From assembly GCA_002269645.1 (NCBI GenBank), contig NIVC01003884.1:37748-71807 (forward strand): 34,060 nt of DNA, given 5' to 3'. A model generated the notes under the pieces. The model was not told where the DNA came from, ran no database searches, and saw only the letters and a program-made list of their open reading frames with translations. Positions 33,825 to 34,060 of this stretch are shown here, piece by piece (positions within the stretch are counted from its first letter, which is position 1; each line of letters starts with the position of its first letter). This DNA comes from Macrostomum lignano. Lineage: Eukaryota. The position numbers and the translations under genes were made by a program.

Positions 33825-34060
33825 ATTTCTAATGCAGAGTGACAAGAGCCGCGGATCTCTGCATACGGATCAGTAAAGATGCAGAGTGACAAGATCATAA
33901 AGCCTCGGATCTCTGCATACGGATCAGTACAGATAGATGTAGAGTGACAAGATCATAGAGCAGGATCTCTGCATGCGGATCAGTACAGATAGATGTAGAG
34001 TGATAAGATCATAGAGCAGGATCTCTGCATGCGGATCAGTACAGATGCAGAGTGACAAGA
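33825..34060. repeat. 52-56-bp minisatellite running off the window end
   Basis: gatctctgcatgcggatcagtacagatagatgtagagtgacaagatcatagagcag; period 56 between 33964 and 34020. Confidence 0.92.

Overview
Eukaryotic, animal-type genomic DNA with GT-AG introns and GC-rich exons in a dense matrix of micro- and minisatellites. The style suggests a flatworm such as Macrostomum, which is an inference only. Recognisable genes: (1) the last exon of an adenylate kinase 8-like gene (+, 1012-1338, one-base frameshift); (2) a four-exon SSUH2-like zinc-finger/CaaX gene (-, 10273-6888, 391 aa); (3) a two-exon secreted S1 serine protease resembling schistosome cercarial elastase (-, 31123-30307, 227 aa). The dominant structure is a 13.2-kb array of about 21 near-identical 624-bp units (13766-26988). 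It looks like a satellite, but on the minus strand each unit is one 237-nt stop-free phase-1/phase-1 exon plus a 387-nt GT-AG intron. The array is bracketed by a unique in-phase entry exon and a unique terminal exon with a stop codon and AATAAA. It could therefore encode a ~1,700-aa tandem-repeat protein whose 79-aa unit ends in KRKRR|SVL; expression is unproven. Mobile DNA: a 5'-truncated RTE-type LINE with a (TTG)n tail and a probable TSD, two tRNA-headed SINEs plus a remnant, a decayed Crypton/DUF3504 recombinase and a possible Tc1/IS630 HTH remnant. All protein-family calls rest on remembered motifs, not database searches.
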